Notes: generated from the letters alone by a model not told the origin. Shown: positions 21,490 to 31,323, counted from the first letter of the whole stretch. The stretch is 54,350 nt of DNA, filler included, from a bacterium (GCA_024278215.1; 2 parts of 2 records of this genome joined end to end with filler, not necessarily neighbours in it), one strand, 5' to 3'. Numbers and translations: made by a program.

Positions 21490-22113
21490 ATGGATCAACT
21501 GAAAGAATACGTTAAGAGCGGAAAAGCGAAAGAAACAACCGGCAGGGTTCAGGAACTTATAGCCGGCGGCATGGACCCGGAAAAGATACTGAAAGAAGCC
21601 CTGATCCCGGCGATGGACGAAGTGGGCGACCTGTTCCAGAAGGGCGAATATTTTGTTCCGGAGATGCTCGTCGCCGCCCGCGCCATGAAAGGTGGAGTGG
21701 ATGTCCTCAAACCGCTGCTTGTCGAAAGCGGTGTCGAGGCCGTCGGTAAAATTGTTGTCGGAACTGCAAAGGGCGACCTGCACGACATAGGCAAAAACCT
21801 TGTCGTCATGGCGCTCGAGGGCGCGGGTTTCGAGGTGGTTGACCTTGGTGTCGACGTCGCTGCCGAGAAATTTGTTGCCGCAGTCAAAGAACACAAGCCT
21901 GTCGCTGTCGGACTCAGCGCGTTGCTCACTACAACGATGGCGTCAATGCAGGAAGTTATAGAAATGCTGGAGAAAGAAGGCTTGCGCGGGAGTGTCAAGG
22001 TCATGGTCGGCGGTGCGCCGCTGGACCAGGAATTCGCCGACGAGATCGGCGCGGACTTCTATGGCGCGGACCCCACCGCCGGAAAAAACTACGCCAGAAG
22101 CCTTGTCGAATGA
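21490..22113 (+). CDS. Corrinoid (cobalamin-binding) protein of the methyltransferase-cognate type
   Basis: B12 cap segment (GEYFVPEML), DxHxxG motif GDLHDIGKN, SALLTTT and MVGGAP. Start at ATG 21490 after GAGGAG. Confidence 0.9.
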   Translation: MDQLKEYVKSGKAKETTGRVQELIAGGMDPEKILKEALIPAMDEVGDLFQKGEYFVPEMLVAARAMKGGVDVLKPLLVESGVEAVGKIVVGTAKGDLHDIGKNLVVMALEGAGFEVVDLGVDVAAEKFVAAVKEHKPVAVGLSALLTTTMASMQEVIEMLEKEGLRGSVKVMVGGAPLDQEFADEIGADFYGADPTAGKNYARSLVE

Positions 22114-22265
22114 CCTGCTGCAAGTTTTCCGCTGTCACGATCCGGGGTTGAAGCGCAAATTCAGGTCTTGTCCCAATACCCCAATTACTAAAACCGCATA
22201 TTTCAACAATGCGGCCCAAAGTGTTACCAGTTTTTTTTGACACGAACTCCCGAACTTCAGCTCTA

Positions 22266-25058
22266 TCAACGTCCCCTCGCGGACTTGAACATCGCCGCCC
22301 ATTCGCGTGTGAGCCTGATGTATTTGACGCCGTCTTCTAAAGTAGGCTCGATCTCGGTGCCTTCGTGCAGTTCGTTCCAGGAGACGATGCAGACCCAGTC
22401 CGCACCGGAGTCGATGGCGGCCCGCCATGTTTCGGCGTAGGTTTTACCGTCGTGCCTTTTCACGATTGTGCCGGGGCGGCCGTCGTAGAGCGGGCTGCCC
22501 TCGAAACCGTGCACCGAAGTGTTGTCGAAGCCCGGTATCACTGTCGCGAGGAACACGTCGTGGTGGGCGTGAGTGATTTTTGAAACAGCGTCGAATATCG
22601 TGAACAGATGCCCGTAGCCTGTGACGAAAGTGCCGTCTGGTTGTGCGACTTCTATATCTTTGCCGCCCCAACGTGCGCGGTAGAGACCGGTGGTGTCGTA
22701 GTAGTACTGACCGTCGACCAGCGACAGCAGCTCGTCTTTCGGAGGCGCGTAGCTGTCGCCGACAACGAATATTCCCGCTTTCGTCATCTGCTCGAATCTC
22801 CCGCGATATTGCTCGAACGGCTTTTCGCGCAGACCGGTCGGGCCGATTACCACAATCGGTTTACCATTGGTTTTCGCCCACAACGGGTCACGGCCCAGCG
22901 CCATCATTTCTTTTACAAAACCATCCACGTCGTCGCCGGTCCAGTACCACGATACTTTAAGATTCAGATTATTTTCTTTTATCAGTTCGATACCTTTCCT
23001 TATGACATCCGCCGAGTAGGGGTGCATGAAAAGGACAACGTCGATGCCGGCCTTCTGCATCAACTTCAGTTGTGAACGCATGACACGCGTATCCATCGAG
23101 TCGTAGTAGCCGAAGTTCGAATAGGATTCTATGTCGGGCCACGGAGTTCCCACATATCTTACTTTATGCGCGGCCGCGAGTGTTTTCGGCGGATCGTTGT
23201 ACCACAATTTCTTTTCTTTATCGTAATAGGTCTTGAAGTCCTCGTCCCAGTGCCGCCAGCGAGAGAACCTGACAAAGTCGAAATCGATAATATATTCGCC
23301 GGGCTCGCGGCATTCCATCCCGATCGTCAGGCGGGCAGTGCCGGCGGGTGTCGTCTCCTTCGTATCGCTTACCTTAAAGCTGTCCGGGAACGTGTATCTC
23401 TCGTTGTACATGCGTGTGTGGGACGACATTTTCGTTCGGTATTGTTTTCCGCCTTCGACGATACTGAGCCATAAGTTATCGACCGGTTTGTTCTGGATAT
23501 ATGCCATAGTGATATACATCTTCGGCTTTTCCCGCACCAGCGCCGCAGGCATTTCAAATCCCAGGGTGAGCTTATTGCCTTCCGCTCCGAGCGACTCGCC
23601 GCGCACACGGAACAGCCCCTTGTCGTTATCGACAATCTCGACATTCTTCATGTTGGAATCAAGTATCTCGAAGTCGCCGCCCGCGCCCTCCCTTTTGAAA
23701 TCGATCCCCTGGAAAGTGCTGCCGAGCGTGCCGCCGGGTGCCCCGTACCACGTGTACAGGCTTGCGAAAACAAGCGGTTCGGGCTGTGAAGCTTCGACCG
23801 CGCGGTCTGCCTTCTCGGAAGAGTAAAATCCCATGCAAGGTATAATCAGGAACATCGCGAAGACAGTGAAAACAGCGCCGAACCCCCTATGCGGCCGTTC
23901 ACTCCGGGCTTCGCCTTTGTATCCTGCCGTAAACTTGAGCGTAATCAGCGATACGAGCGCGAGAGGAATGAAAAAATAGCCGTGGAAAGCCGGTATGTGA
24001 TTCTCGAGAAGCACGCCCGCGTCTACGCCGAACGTAAGAAGCGCGGCGAGCGACATCGCAAGTCCTGCCGCAAGTGGAAGCACCCACGAAGCCTGCGCGA
24101 CTGCGAATGCAAGTATTCGGTGCAGCGTCAGCACCGTCAGCGCGGCACACACCGCGACCACCCAGACCTGCCAGCCGGCGGGAGAGAGGTCATAAAGCAA
24201 ATAGAAATAAGCCGCCGCCGCAATATTTCCGATAAGCAGCATGTAATTTATTGCTTTGCGGAACGGCCGGTTCGTGATCTCCCATGCGACCGCGAGACCG
24301 AACCCGGCGGTCACTCCCACGACAACGGCGATCACGAGCGTGTCGAACGGAGCGGCGCAGCGCGAAGCGAGAAACTCGGGCTTGCCGAACACCATGAACG
24401 CGAAATGAAGCGGGAACCCCATGAGCAGCAGAATGAATGTTTTCGCGGCGCCGCCTGCCGGGCACTCCTCATTTTCTGCATTAGCATCTTTCGTATCAAC
24501 TTTGCTTTCGCCGGCCCACCGCGACGAAAATAGGCCCCATAATGCCAACAGCAACACTACCACGAAAAAGGCAGACAACATGTTCTGGTTGTATGCGTTA
24601 TCGAACCGGCGGATGAGAAGGTGGAACGCCGCCGCCCACATTATGCCACCCGCGACGAGCGCGGCACCGAACGATCTGTACCTCGACGGGAAACTTCGCT
24701 TGTTGACAAATGACAGCACACCGACAAAGAACATCGGGTAGCCGGTGAAAACGAAAAACAGGCCACGCACGAATGTTTCCTGGTCAGGCGCGAACATGAA
24801 GTATCTGCCTGCGATTGCGAGCGCTGTTCCGATCATGAGCGACGCCGCGGGTTTCCACAACCATGTCAGCAGCGCGGCGGCGACCGGCGCGAGCAGCATC
24901 GTTGCCGCAAGTGGCAGCAGCCTGTCGGTGATGCCGGGCGCTATGGGTATGTCGCGCAACGCCTGAATATAAAACAGCGTGTTGATTCCCGTCACAATCA
25001 TTACCCACACGGGAACGGAGATGAAACCGGACCGGGCGTTCGACGTAGATTTATCCAT
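22266..25058 (-). CDS. Polytopic membrane protein with C-terminal GH99/GH71-like glycoside hydrolase domain
   Basis: About a dozen hydrophobic segments in the N-terminal ~420 aa, then YTWYG, GYYDS, AGID, TVIPGFD and SWNELHEGTEIEP (resembling the GH99 SFNEWHEGTQIEP motif). Start placed at 25058 after GGAGG. Confidence 0.75.
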   Translation of the reverse strand: MDKSTSNARSGFISVPVWVMIVTGINTLFYIQALRDIPIAPGITDRLLPLAATMLLAPVAAALLTWLWKPAASLMIGTALAIAGRYFMFAPDQETFVRGLFFVFTGYPMFFVGVLSFVNKRSFPSRYRSFGAALVAGGIMWAAAFHLLIRRFDNAYNQNMLSAFFVVVLLLALWGLFSSRWAGESKVDTKDANAENEECPAGGAAKTFILLLMGFPLHFAFMVFGKPEFLASRCAAPFDTLVIAVVVGVTAGFGLAVAWEITNRPFRKAINYMLLIGNIAAAAYFYLLYDLSPAGWQVWVVAVCAALTVLTLHRILAFAVAQASWVLPLAAGLAMSLAALLTFGVDAGVLLENHIPAFHGYFFIPLALVSLITLKFTAGYKGEARSERPHRGFGAVFTVFAMFLIIPCMGFYSSEKADRAVEASQPEPLVFASLYTWYGAPGGTLGSTFQGIDFKREGAGGDFEILDSNMKNVEIVDNDKGLFRVRGESLGAEGNKLTLGFEMPAALVREKPKMYITMAYIQNKPVDNLWLSIVEGGKQYRTKMSSHTRMYNERYTFPDSFKVSDTKETTPAGTARLTIGMECREPGEYIIDFDFVRFSRWRHWDEDFKTYYDKEKKLWYNDPPKTLAAAHKVRYVGTPWPDIESYSNFGYYDSMDTRVMRSQLKLMQKAGIDVVLFMHPYSADVIRKGIELIKENNLNLKVSWYWTGDDVDGFVKEMMALGRDPLWAKTNGKPIVVIGPTGLREKPFEQYRGRFEQMTKAGIFVVGDSYAPPKDELLSLVDGQYYYDTTGLYRARWGGKDIEVAQPDGTFVTGYGHLFTIFDAVSKITHAHHDVFLATVIPGFDNTSVHGFEGSPLYDGRPGTIVKRHDGKTYAETWRAAIDSGADWVCIVSWNELHEGTEIEPTLEDGVKYIRLTREWAAMFKSARGR

Positions 25059-25352
25059 GGGTGATCCCTCCGTGAGTAGTGTACCAAAGCGGTATCGGTC
25101 CGCGCAAGTTGCGGAGATGAATGAAGGCCCGCCAGGGCGATTCAGCACAAAGAGTTGTCACGAAAACTTTACGTTGAAAGCCGGCGCTTTCCGTTTCGGC
25201 GTTCATTAGTATAACGGCGATAACAGAAAATCCTGGAATGTAAAAACGTCAGTTTTTGCGAAATGCGACTTCTTCACAGTTGCAACGACACAGTCGTTGC
25301 ATTCCAGGAATTTCAGATGTACCGTTGAGGACAGTTACTTGTGAACGGATAC

Positions 25353-25452
25353 NNNNNNNNNNNNNNNNNNNNNNNNNNNNNNNNNNNNNNNNNNNNTTAA
25401 TTAATTAANNNNNNNNNNNNNNNNNNNNNNNNNNNNNNNNNNNNNNNNNNNN
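25353..25452. other. Artificial contig-joining linker
   Basis: 44 N + TTAATTAATTAA (stops in all six frames) + 44 N. Confidence 0.97.
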
Positions 25453-25598
25453 GAAAGCTGCTACCACGCCGGCAATGGCGACTGTGGCGAATAGGAATAC
25501 AAGAAAGGATTCCGGAACCAAACCTCCCAGGGTGAGCAGCCATTGGGTGGATGGTTTGGGGCCGTCCCGCACTTGAATGGTCGTTTCGCCAAGCACCC
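25453..25598 (-). mobile_element. Probable non-coding end of an insertion sequence (possibly IS110 family) inserted in wecB
   Basis: wecB similarity stops abruptly after EAYLAG and the contig ends 146 bp later. The minus-strand sequence GGTGCTTGGCGAAACGACCATTCAAGTGCGGGACGGCCC resembles IS110 left ends as I recall them (unverified). Confidence 0.5.
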
Positions 25599-26477
25599 GC
25601 CCGCCAGATATGCTTCCTTCTGCACGCCGCCGGAATCGGTAAGTATCTTTGCCGCGCCCGCCTCCAGCGCAAGCATGTCAATATAAGAAACCGGTTCGAT
25701 CAACTCGACATTCGGGGCGGTGGCGATGCCGTGTTTCTTCATGAAATTGATGGTGCGCGGGTGTGCGGGGAATATGATCCGTCGCTCCGCAGCCCCGCAA
25801 CCGTCCATAATAGATATAAGGTTTTCCGGATCATTCGTATTCTCCGCGCGATGCACAGTGAGCAGCAAATATTTGCCGGAGTCGAGCGTGAGAGTGTCGA
25901 TAATCGAAGATTGTTTAATTGCTGATTCGCGAAAAATAAAAAATGTATCGACCATGACGTCGCCGGGCACAAATATATCACCTGTGTTCCGCTCGGATTC
26001 GAGATTGCGGCGTGCCGATTCCGTCGGGCAAAGCAGTATTTTCGAGAGCCGGTCGGTGACACACCGGTTGAGTTCCTCGGGCATCGTCATGTCGCCGCAG
26101 CGCAGTCCGGCCTCGACGTGTGCAATGTCGAAGTCGAGTTTCGACGCCGCCAGGGCGGCCGCCATCGTCGAGTTGGTGTCGCCGTAGACCAGCACAATGC
26201 CGGGCTTTATTCCGGGAAGCATTTTTTCTATTTCGAGCATCATCTCACCTGTCGGGCAGGAGCGGTTCGGTGCGGCGAGCCCGAGGTGGTAGTCCGGTTC
26301 TTTGATGTTAAGTTCGTTGAAGAAAACGCCCGAGAGCATCTTGTCGTAATGCTGGCCCGTGTGGATGGTTACGTGTTCGATGTCGTCAAAGGCATCGAGC
26401 GCGCGCGACATCGCGCACACTTTGATGAATTGCGGCCTCGCGCCGAATATGCTGCAAATACAGGAGCTCATGGTCAC
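25599..26477 (-). pseudogene. wecB: UDP-N-acetylglucosamine 2-epimerase (non-hydrolysing), C-terminally interrupted
   Basis: GARPQFIK, HTGQHYD, YGDTNST, HVEAGLR, MPEELNR and TDSGGVQKEAY motifs. The expected PCITLR...TEW continuation is replaced by unrelated sequence. Confidence 0.8.
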
Positions 26478-26580
26478 ACATTTTAGCCACGCATTGCCGA
26501 ACCCGCAATGGAAGGGGAGAAAACGAATACTTAATTTGATTGCTGAAAACAGCGCAATGCAGCTATATTATTCACCTGCA

Positions 26581-28500
26581 TTATTCGCCGTTGTCGTTTT
26601 TGTCGGCATTGCCGCGGAGCCGTTTGACGAGTGTGGTTTCGCGGCGTCCGTCTTCGATGCGCTCGAAGGGGGCGATGTTGAATATTTCTCTGATTGTGTC
26701 GCGAAGCAGCAGGTCGAGCCGCGGGGTGGCGCCTATCTTGCCGGAAATCCTGAAGCGCGGCCGGAATCGCTTTGTGATTTTCTCGAAGCCGGGGAAGATT
26801 TTAAAGAGTCGGCCACGGCGCAGGAAAGCGGGCGCGGCGGATACGGCTCCCTCTATTTCCATTTGTTTTGTGAAAAAGCCCAGGTAGGCGTCGGCGCTGA
26901 AGTCTACGAGGCTGCTCGTGCATTCGAGTTTCTCGATGCCTACACCTTCAGTCTCGAGTACCGGCATAAATTCTATCGAGTCGAACAGGATGTCGACTAT
27001 TCCATCGAGCGAGCTGCGTTTGCCGAGCGGCAGGCTGGTGACTCGCACGTTGCGTGCGGCGAAGTGGCCTGCGCCGTTCATTTCGAGAATCCTGTCCTCG
27101 AAGTCGCAATACATCCTGAAATCGGCTTCCGCTGTACCTTCCACGGAGATATTGTTCATGCCGAACTGGTTGGCGATGTCCTGGAGGTTGCCGCAGCGTG
27201 CGTTGAACTCAAGGTTGAACTGCGAGCGGTAGACACGGTCCTGTTCCTCGTCGAACTGCATGGGTATTTCGCCCTCGAAGTCGATCTCGAGGCTGCCTGT
27301 CCACAGTTTCGAGTTGGTGAAAGTGAGGGTTCCTTTTTCAAGGTTCATATTCAATTCGGCGTTGGGGATCGGCCCGAGTGGGAAATCGACCATGGTTCCT
27401 TCGCCGATCTCGGCGAAATCAATTACGCTGTCAGTCATTTTAAGTTTTATGTCGCCGCTGAATTCGTAGAACTCGTTGAGGTCGCCCCACAGATGCACGT
27501 CGACGTCCAGACCGCTGCTCGAGATGAACGGTTTCATGTTAAGCATCCGGAGGATCAGCCCGGAGGCGTGTCCCCTGCCGGAGCCGTACAGTTGCAGGTC
27601 TGTGATGTCCGTTACCACGTTTGCGACGAGTTTGCCGGTCAGAGCGTACTCGCCGATGCGGCCCTTCATGCTGCTGAGCGTGAGGGTTTCGTCCTGGAAG
27701 TGGAGCGGCGAGCGGAAGTCGAGAATGGGCACGTCGCGCATGAAAAGAGACGGCGACGATATGTGGCCGGTGATCTCGCTCTCATCTTTTCTGCTCAATA
27801 TTGCCGCTTCGATATTGACGGGCCCCGTGAGCATTTTAGGCACCTTGAGCGCTTTGAGGTCTTCGAGATGCAGGTTCCTGACAATCAGGCGGCCCTCGTG
27901 TGTGGGGCCTTTGCGCGGGAACTGTATCTCGATGTTTCCGTCGCCGACATAGCAAGACAGGCGGCGCACTTTCGTGAAGCCGCTGTGTGAGGTGAATTCG
28001 CCGTTGAGATTCGATATCGTCGTTTCGCCGCGCTTGCCCTTCAGAGTCATCGTGCCGCCGTACATCCGCACGACATTAAGCCCGGTCAGGTTCACGAACA
28101 GGATCGAGAGCACCTGTTTCATCGCAGTGAACGGAAAGAGAAACCACACGTCGCCGCCCTCGGGCATCTCGACAGTCTGGTCGATATAGATTTTCGGCCT
28201 GTAGAACGTTATCGGGTTGAAGTGCGGGCGGCGCAGCGTGAGCATGCGGAACAGGAAACGCAGTTTCAGGTGCATTTCCTCTGCTTCGAGCCGGCCCATC
28301 GGCCCGAGCGCTATCTTAACGTCGAACAGGCGCATCCCGAATACCGGGATACCGCCGATGTCCTTGAACTTTATCGGCAGCGGCACGAACTTGTTGAACA
28401 TGAAGAGGATAAGTTTCTTGAGGGGCCTGAACGGATAGAAAGGAACAAACAGGACAATCAGGAGCACTACTGCGATAATGGCGATAAGTTTTGTATCCAT
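26581..28500 (-). CDS. AsmA/TamB-like bridge protein
   Basis: N-terminal TM anchor, long Gly-punctuated beta-rich repeats, and a C-terminal FRISGKIGATP motif typical of AsmA-like ends. Confidence 0.6.
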   Translation of the reverse strand: MDTKLIAIIAVVLLIVLFVPFYPFRPLKKLILFMFNKFVPLPIKFKDIGGIPVFGMRLFDVKIALGPMGRLEAEEMHLKLRFLFRMLTLRRPHFNPITFYRPKIYIDQTVEMPEGGDVWFLFPFTAMKQVLSILFVNLTGLNVVRMYGGTMTLKGKRGETTISNLNGEFTSHSGFTKVRRLSCYVGDGNIEIQFPRKGPTHEGRLIVRNLHLEDLKALKVPKMLTGPVNIEAAILSRKDESEITGHISSPSLFMRDVPILDFRSPLHFQDETLTLSSMKGRIGEYALTGKLVANVVTDITDLQLYGSGRGHASGLILRMLNMKPFISSSGLDVDVHLWGDLNEFYEFSGDIKLKMTDSVIDFAEIGEGTMVDFPLGPIPNAELNMNLEKGTLTFTNSKLWTGSLEIDFEGEIPMQFDEEQDRVYRSQFNLEFNARCGNLQDIANQFGMNNISVEGTAEADFRMYCDFEDRILEMNGAGHFAARNVRVTSLPLGKRSSLDGIVDILFDSIEFMPVLETEGVGIEKLECTSSLVDFSADAYLGFFTKQMEIEGAVSAAPAFLRRGRLFKIFPGFEKITKRFRPRFRISGKIGATPRLDLLLRDTIREIFNIAPFERIEDGRRETTLVKRLRGNADKNDNGE

Positions 28501-28600
28501 AAGCTGTCGAGCCGCCCGTTCCCATGATACATGTTATTGCGGCGTTATGTTCAAATAAAACAAAAAAGGGTGTCGCACCGAACACCCCGGACTGCACCAG

Positions 28601-28673
28601 AGCCAACGAGCGGACTCGAACCGCTGGCCTGCTCATTACGAGTGAGCTGCTCTACCACCTGAGCTACGTTGGC
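28601..28673 (-). tRNA. tRNA-Thr (anticodon CGT), CCA not encoded
   Basis: GCCAACGTAGCTCAGGTGGTAGAGCAGCTCACT-CGT-AATGAGCAGGCCAGCGGTTCGAGTCCGCTCGTTGGCT folds into a canonical cloverleaf. Confidence 0.96.
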
Positions 28674-28820
28674 AACGAAGCAACCACTATTTTAACCTAT
28701 TTCGTCCTTTTTTCAAGTTGTTTAACTTGTGCGTTTTTTCACTATATTGTGAGAATTTTGGGGACATGACTGAAATTCTTACAAAATATCTGGAATCGCA
28801 TAAGTTCGGTTATAATCTTA

Positions 28821-30413
28821 TTGTTGCGTCGACAAACAAAGGAGAGCGGTATCGAAGCGAAGACGAACAACAAAGGGTTGCCGATTGTCGTTATCGGGCT
28901 GGACGGGGCGGACCCGGCTCTGACGGCGCGGCTGTCGCGCGAGGGCAGAATACCAACACTGACGCGTATGATGCGCGAGGGTGTGTACAGTCCTCTGAAA
29001 TCTACTGTGCCTTTCCACTCGGGGCCTGCCTGGACATCGTTTTCGACGGGTGCCGCGCCGGACCGGACCGGAATCTACAGTTTCTCCATTATGGAAGCCC
29101 CGTATAAATTCCGGCACGTTTTTTCGCGGGATGTCAGGTTGCCGAGATTCTGGGATATCGCAGGCGACTCCGGCTACAGGGTCGGCGTGGCGAATTTTCC
29201 GCTTACCGAGCCGCCCTGTCCTGTTAACGGTTTCCTTATAGCCGGTCTGCCCGGCCACGAAGAACACGCGTATCCGCCCGACGTGCACAGGGCGAAATAT
29301 GAGTCGGCGATAAACAGTCTGCAATTGCCGGATATCGCGCGGGTCATGGACGGCCATTCGAAGCTGACTCTCATAAAGGACCTCGCCAGGGTCGAGGCGG
29401 CGACGGAACTGGCTTGCGAACATGACGTCGACCTGCTCGTGATTGTCATTGATATTCTCGACAGGGTTCAGCATCGCTACTGGTCGGCGATGGACCCCGA
29501 ACACCCGGCCCATGGCGCATCGCTGCCGCCGGAAGCAAAAGATATGATTCCCGCGGCGTATAATCTTGCGGACGGCATGGTCGCCCGGATAATGGAAAAG
29601 TTCGGCGACGACGCTTCGTATGTTATCCTTTCAGATCACGGGTTCCGGTCGACAAAATATTGTGTCAATATTCTCAAGCTGCTTATGGCAAAGGGTGCCG
29701 TCAGGATAAAACCCGCCGCGCCGGATCAGGAAATATATGAATCGATGGAAGTGCTCGATCTGCCGAATTGCGCCATGTACACCTGCCACGACAACCTGAC
29801 GACGGCGCTGGGTCTGAACGCGAATATCCGGGGCAGGGAGCCGCACGGAACGATGCCGCCTGAAAAGGCCGACAGGCTGCTGTATGGTTTCGCGAAGCTG
29901 CTCGAGGATGAAAAGGAGCCGAACACGGGGCAGCCGGTTTTTGAATCAGTGCATCTCAGGCAGGATATCTATAGCGGCCCTATGGCGCATCTCGCCCCCG
30001 ACATCCTGATGATTTCCGAACACCGGCTCGTTTCGGTGCCGGCTTTCAGCGAACTGTCGATACCTGTCGAGCCGCCGCCTTTCGGACAGAACTTCACGGT
30101 GAACCAGATGACAGGCGGTCATGCGCCCAGAGGGATATTCATCGGTTGTGGTCCTGCCGTAAACAGGAGTGTTGACCTTGTATCCGAACCGGAGATAATT
30201 GATCTGGCGCCTTCGATACTGCACGCTCTCGGCCTGAGCGCGCCGGTGGAAATGGACGGCAGGGTGCTGCCTTTTTTTCGACAGGTCGCCTCGCCGCCCG
30301 AAGACCCCGGCGGGCGCAGGGAAACGTCTTTTCCGGGCGATGACACGCGGGAAATTAGCGAAGAAGATAAGGAAAAAGCCATGAGGCATCTCAGGGGTAT
30401 GGGATACCTGTAA
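28821..30413 (+). CDS. Alkaline-phosphatase superfamily / type I phosphodiesterase-nucleotide pyrophosphatase
   Basis: VIGLDGAD, STVPFHSGPAWTSFSTG, DRVQHRYW, LSDHGF, GGH...GIF, DLAPSIL and C-terminal LRGMGYL. Start codon uncertain. Confidence 0.85.
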   Translation: MLRRQTKESGIEAKTNNKGLPIVVIGLDGADPALTARLSREGRIPTLTRMMREGVYSPLKSTVPFHSGPAWTSFSTGAAPDRTGIYSFSIMEAPYKFRHVFSRDVRLPRFWDIAGDSGYRVGVANFPLTEPPCPVNGFLIAGLPGHEEHAYPPDVHRAKYESAINSLQLPDIARVMDGHSKLTLIKDLARVEAATELACEHDVDLLVIVIDILDRVQHRYWSAMDPEHPAHGASLPPEAKDMIPAAYNLADGMVARIMEKFGDDASYVILSDHGFRSTKYCVNILKLLMAKGAVRIKPAAPDQEIYESMEVLDLPNCAMYTCHDNLTTALGLNANIRGREPHGTMPPEKADRLLYGFAKLLEDEKEPNTGQPVFESVHLRQDIYSGPMAHLAPDILMISEHRLVSVPAFSELSIPVEPPPFGQNFTVNQMTGGHAPRGIFIGCGPAVNRSVDLVSEPEIIDLAPSILHALGLSAPVEMDGRVLPFFRQVASPPEDPGGRRETSFPGDDTREISEEDKEKAMRHLRGMGYL

Positions 30414-30617
30414 CACTTTCGCGTATATTAATAAACTTGTGCGAGTACAGATATTTTGTATGAATTTTGGGGACATGACCGGAACTTGCCCTTTAATTCC
30501 GGATCGTGCCTCCAGGAAATTCTACTAACTACTGTCACGTCAGGCTTGTAATATCGCAAGCAGGTGTACGGTGACCCCGCCCTACACTTTTATCGTTATT
30601 ACGCAAACCCATCTTAC

Positions 30618-30795
30618 GAGCCAATTGCAAAATTCTGATTCGGCTGCGGTCGGCTGCAATTGTCCATAGCTGCGTTGTCGGCACAAAATCGTCCTCGACG
30701 TACTCTACAAGTACGCCTGCGAGGATTTTACACCTCCGCCTTGCTCTGAACAATTTCGCTCGACCTCGCTACGAACACAATTTTGCAATTGGCTC
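30618..30795 (+). mobile_element. 178-bp MITE-like element, copy 2
   Basis: Same 17-bp TIRs; 7 substitutions versus copy 1 by manual count; flanked by a TTAC direct repeat. Confidence 0.85.
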
Positions 30796-30903
30796 TTACG
30801 TCTTTTCTTTGTTGACACGACACTACGTTCTGTAGGTAAATGTACCGACTGTGACGAACATCATAGTTTAATTTTGCGGATATTGGGAATAATACAGTTA
30901 AGC

Positions 30904-31003
30904 CGAAAAAGGCAAACCCGCTGAAAAGCGGGGACGCAAAGTTACGGGGCTAAGGCGAATGCCGGAAAGAAAGGTAACCGCTAAGCCGGCCGGGCTGCCG
31001 AAG
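30904..31003 (+). promoter_or_regulatory. c-di-GMP-I (GEMM) riboswitch, copy 1
   Basis: GGCAAAC-CCGCT-GAAA-AGCGG-GACGCAAAG...CTAA...GGGCTGCCG: P2 with GAAA tetraloop, GACGCAAAG junction, receptor-type CTAA, and G at the G20-equivalent position. Confidence 0.9.
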
Positions 31004-31046
31004 TTACAAGAGGCGAAACGCTTGAAGCGGCTTCGCCACAGACCCC

Positions 31047-31092
31047 CCCACTTGTCGGCGGCAGCATTGCAGCGGAAGACAGGTGGGTTTTT
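31047..31092 (+). terminator. Putative expression-platform terminator of riboswitch 1
   Basis: CCCACTTGTC...GACAGGTGGG stem followed by TTTTT. The loop CGGCAGC is complementary to the aptamer 3' end GCTGCCG. Confidence 0.55.
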
Positions 31093-31149
31093 GTGTAAGA
31101 GCACCGGGGCAGAAAAAACTTCGGCCCAAAGAGAAAGGAGGTAAACGAC

Positions 31150-31323
31150 ATGACTGCCTTACTGCACAGCCTTTTAAAAGACGAGCGCGGACAGGGTCTC
31201 ACGGAGTATGCGCTCATAATCGCGTTCGTCGCAGTGGTGATCATTGCGGTGCTCATTGCATTCCGCGGCCAGATCGAAGCCGTATTCACATCCGCAGGCA
31301 CAGAACTTGCGAATCCGCATTGA
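31150..31323 (+). CDS. flp: Flp/Fap pilin 1 (57 aa; absent from the ORF track)
   Basis: AAGGAGG RBS; MTALLHSLLKDERG|QGLTEYALIIAFVAVVIIAVLIAFRGQIEAVFTSAGTELANPH carries the G|xxxxEY Flp motif. Confidence 0.93.
   Translation: MTALLHSLLKDERGQGLTEYALIIAFVAVVIIAVLIAFRGQIEAVFTSAGTELANPH

Noticed and set aside
25353..25452. TTAATTAATTAA palindrome within Ns, and any functional link between genes on either side (e.g. giant adhesin with the Tad locus)
   Set aside because: It is an artificial contig linker, so adjacency across it has no biological meaning.
25467..25473. GCCGGCG in the putative IS end resembling the wecB target flank GCGGGCG (possible guide segment)
   Set aside because: A 6/7 match in GC-rich DNA is expected by chance, and the element is truncated.
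26359..27990. 543-aa plus-strand ORF
   Set aside because: Antisense shadow of the AsmA/TamB-like gene and the wecB start; similar shadows at 36190-37440 and 49942-51390 were rejected for the same reason.
28601..28673. tRNA-Thr as an integration site for an island carrying the tad locus
   Set aside because: No integrase and no duplicated tRNA 3' end were found in the window.
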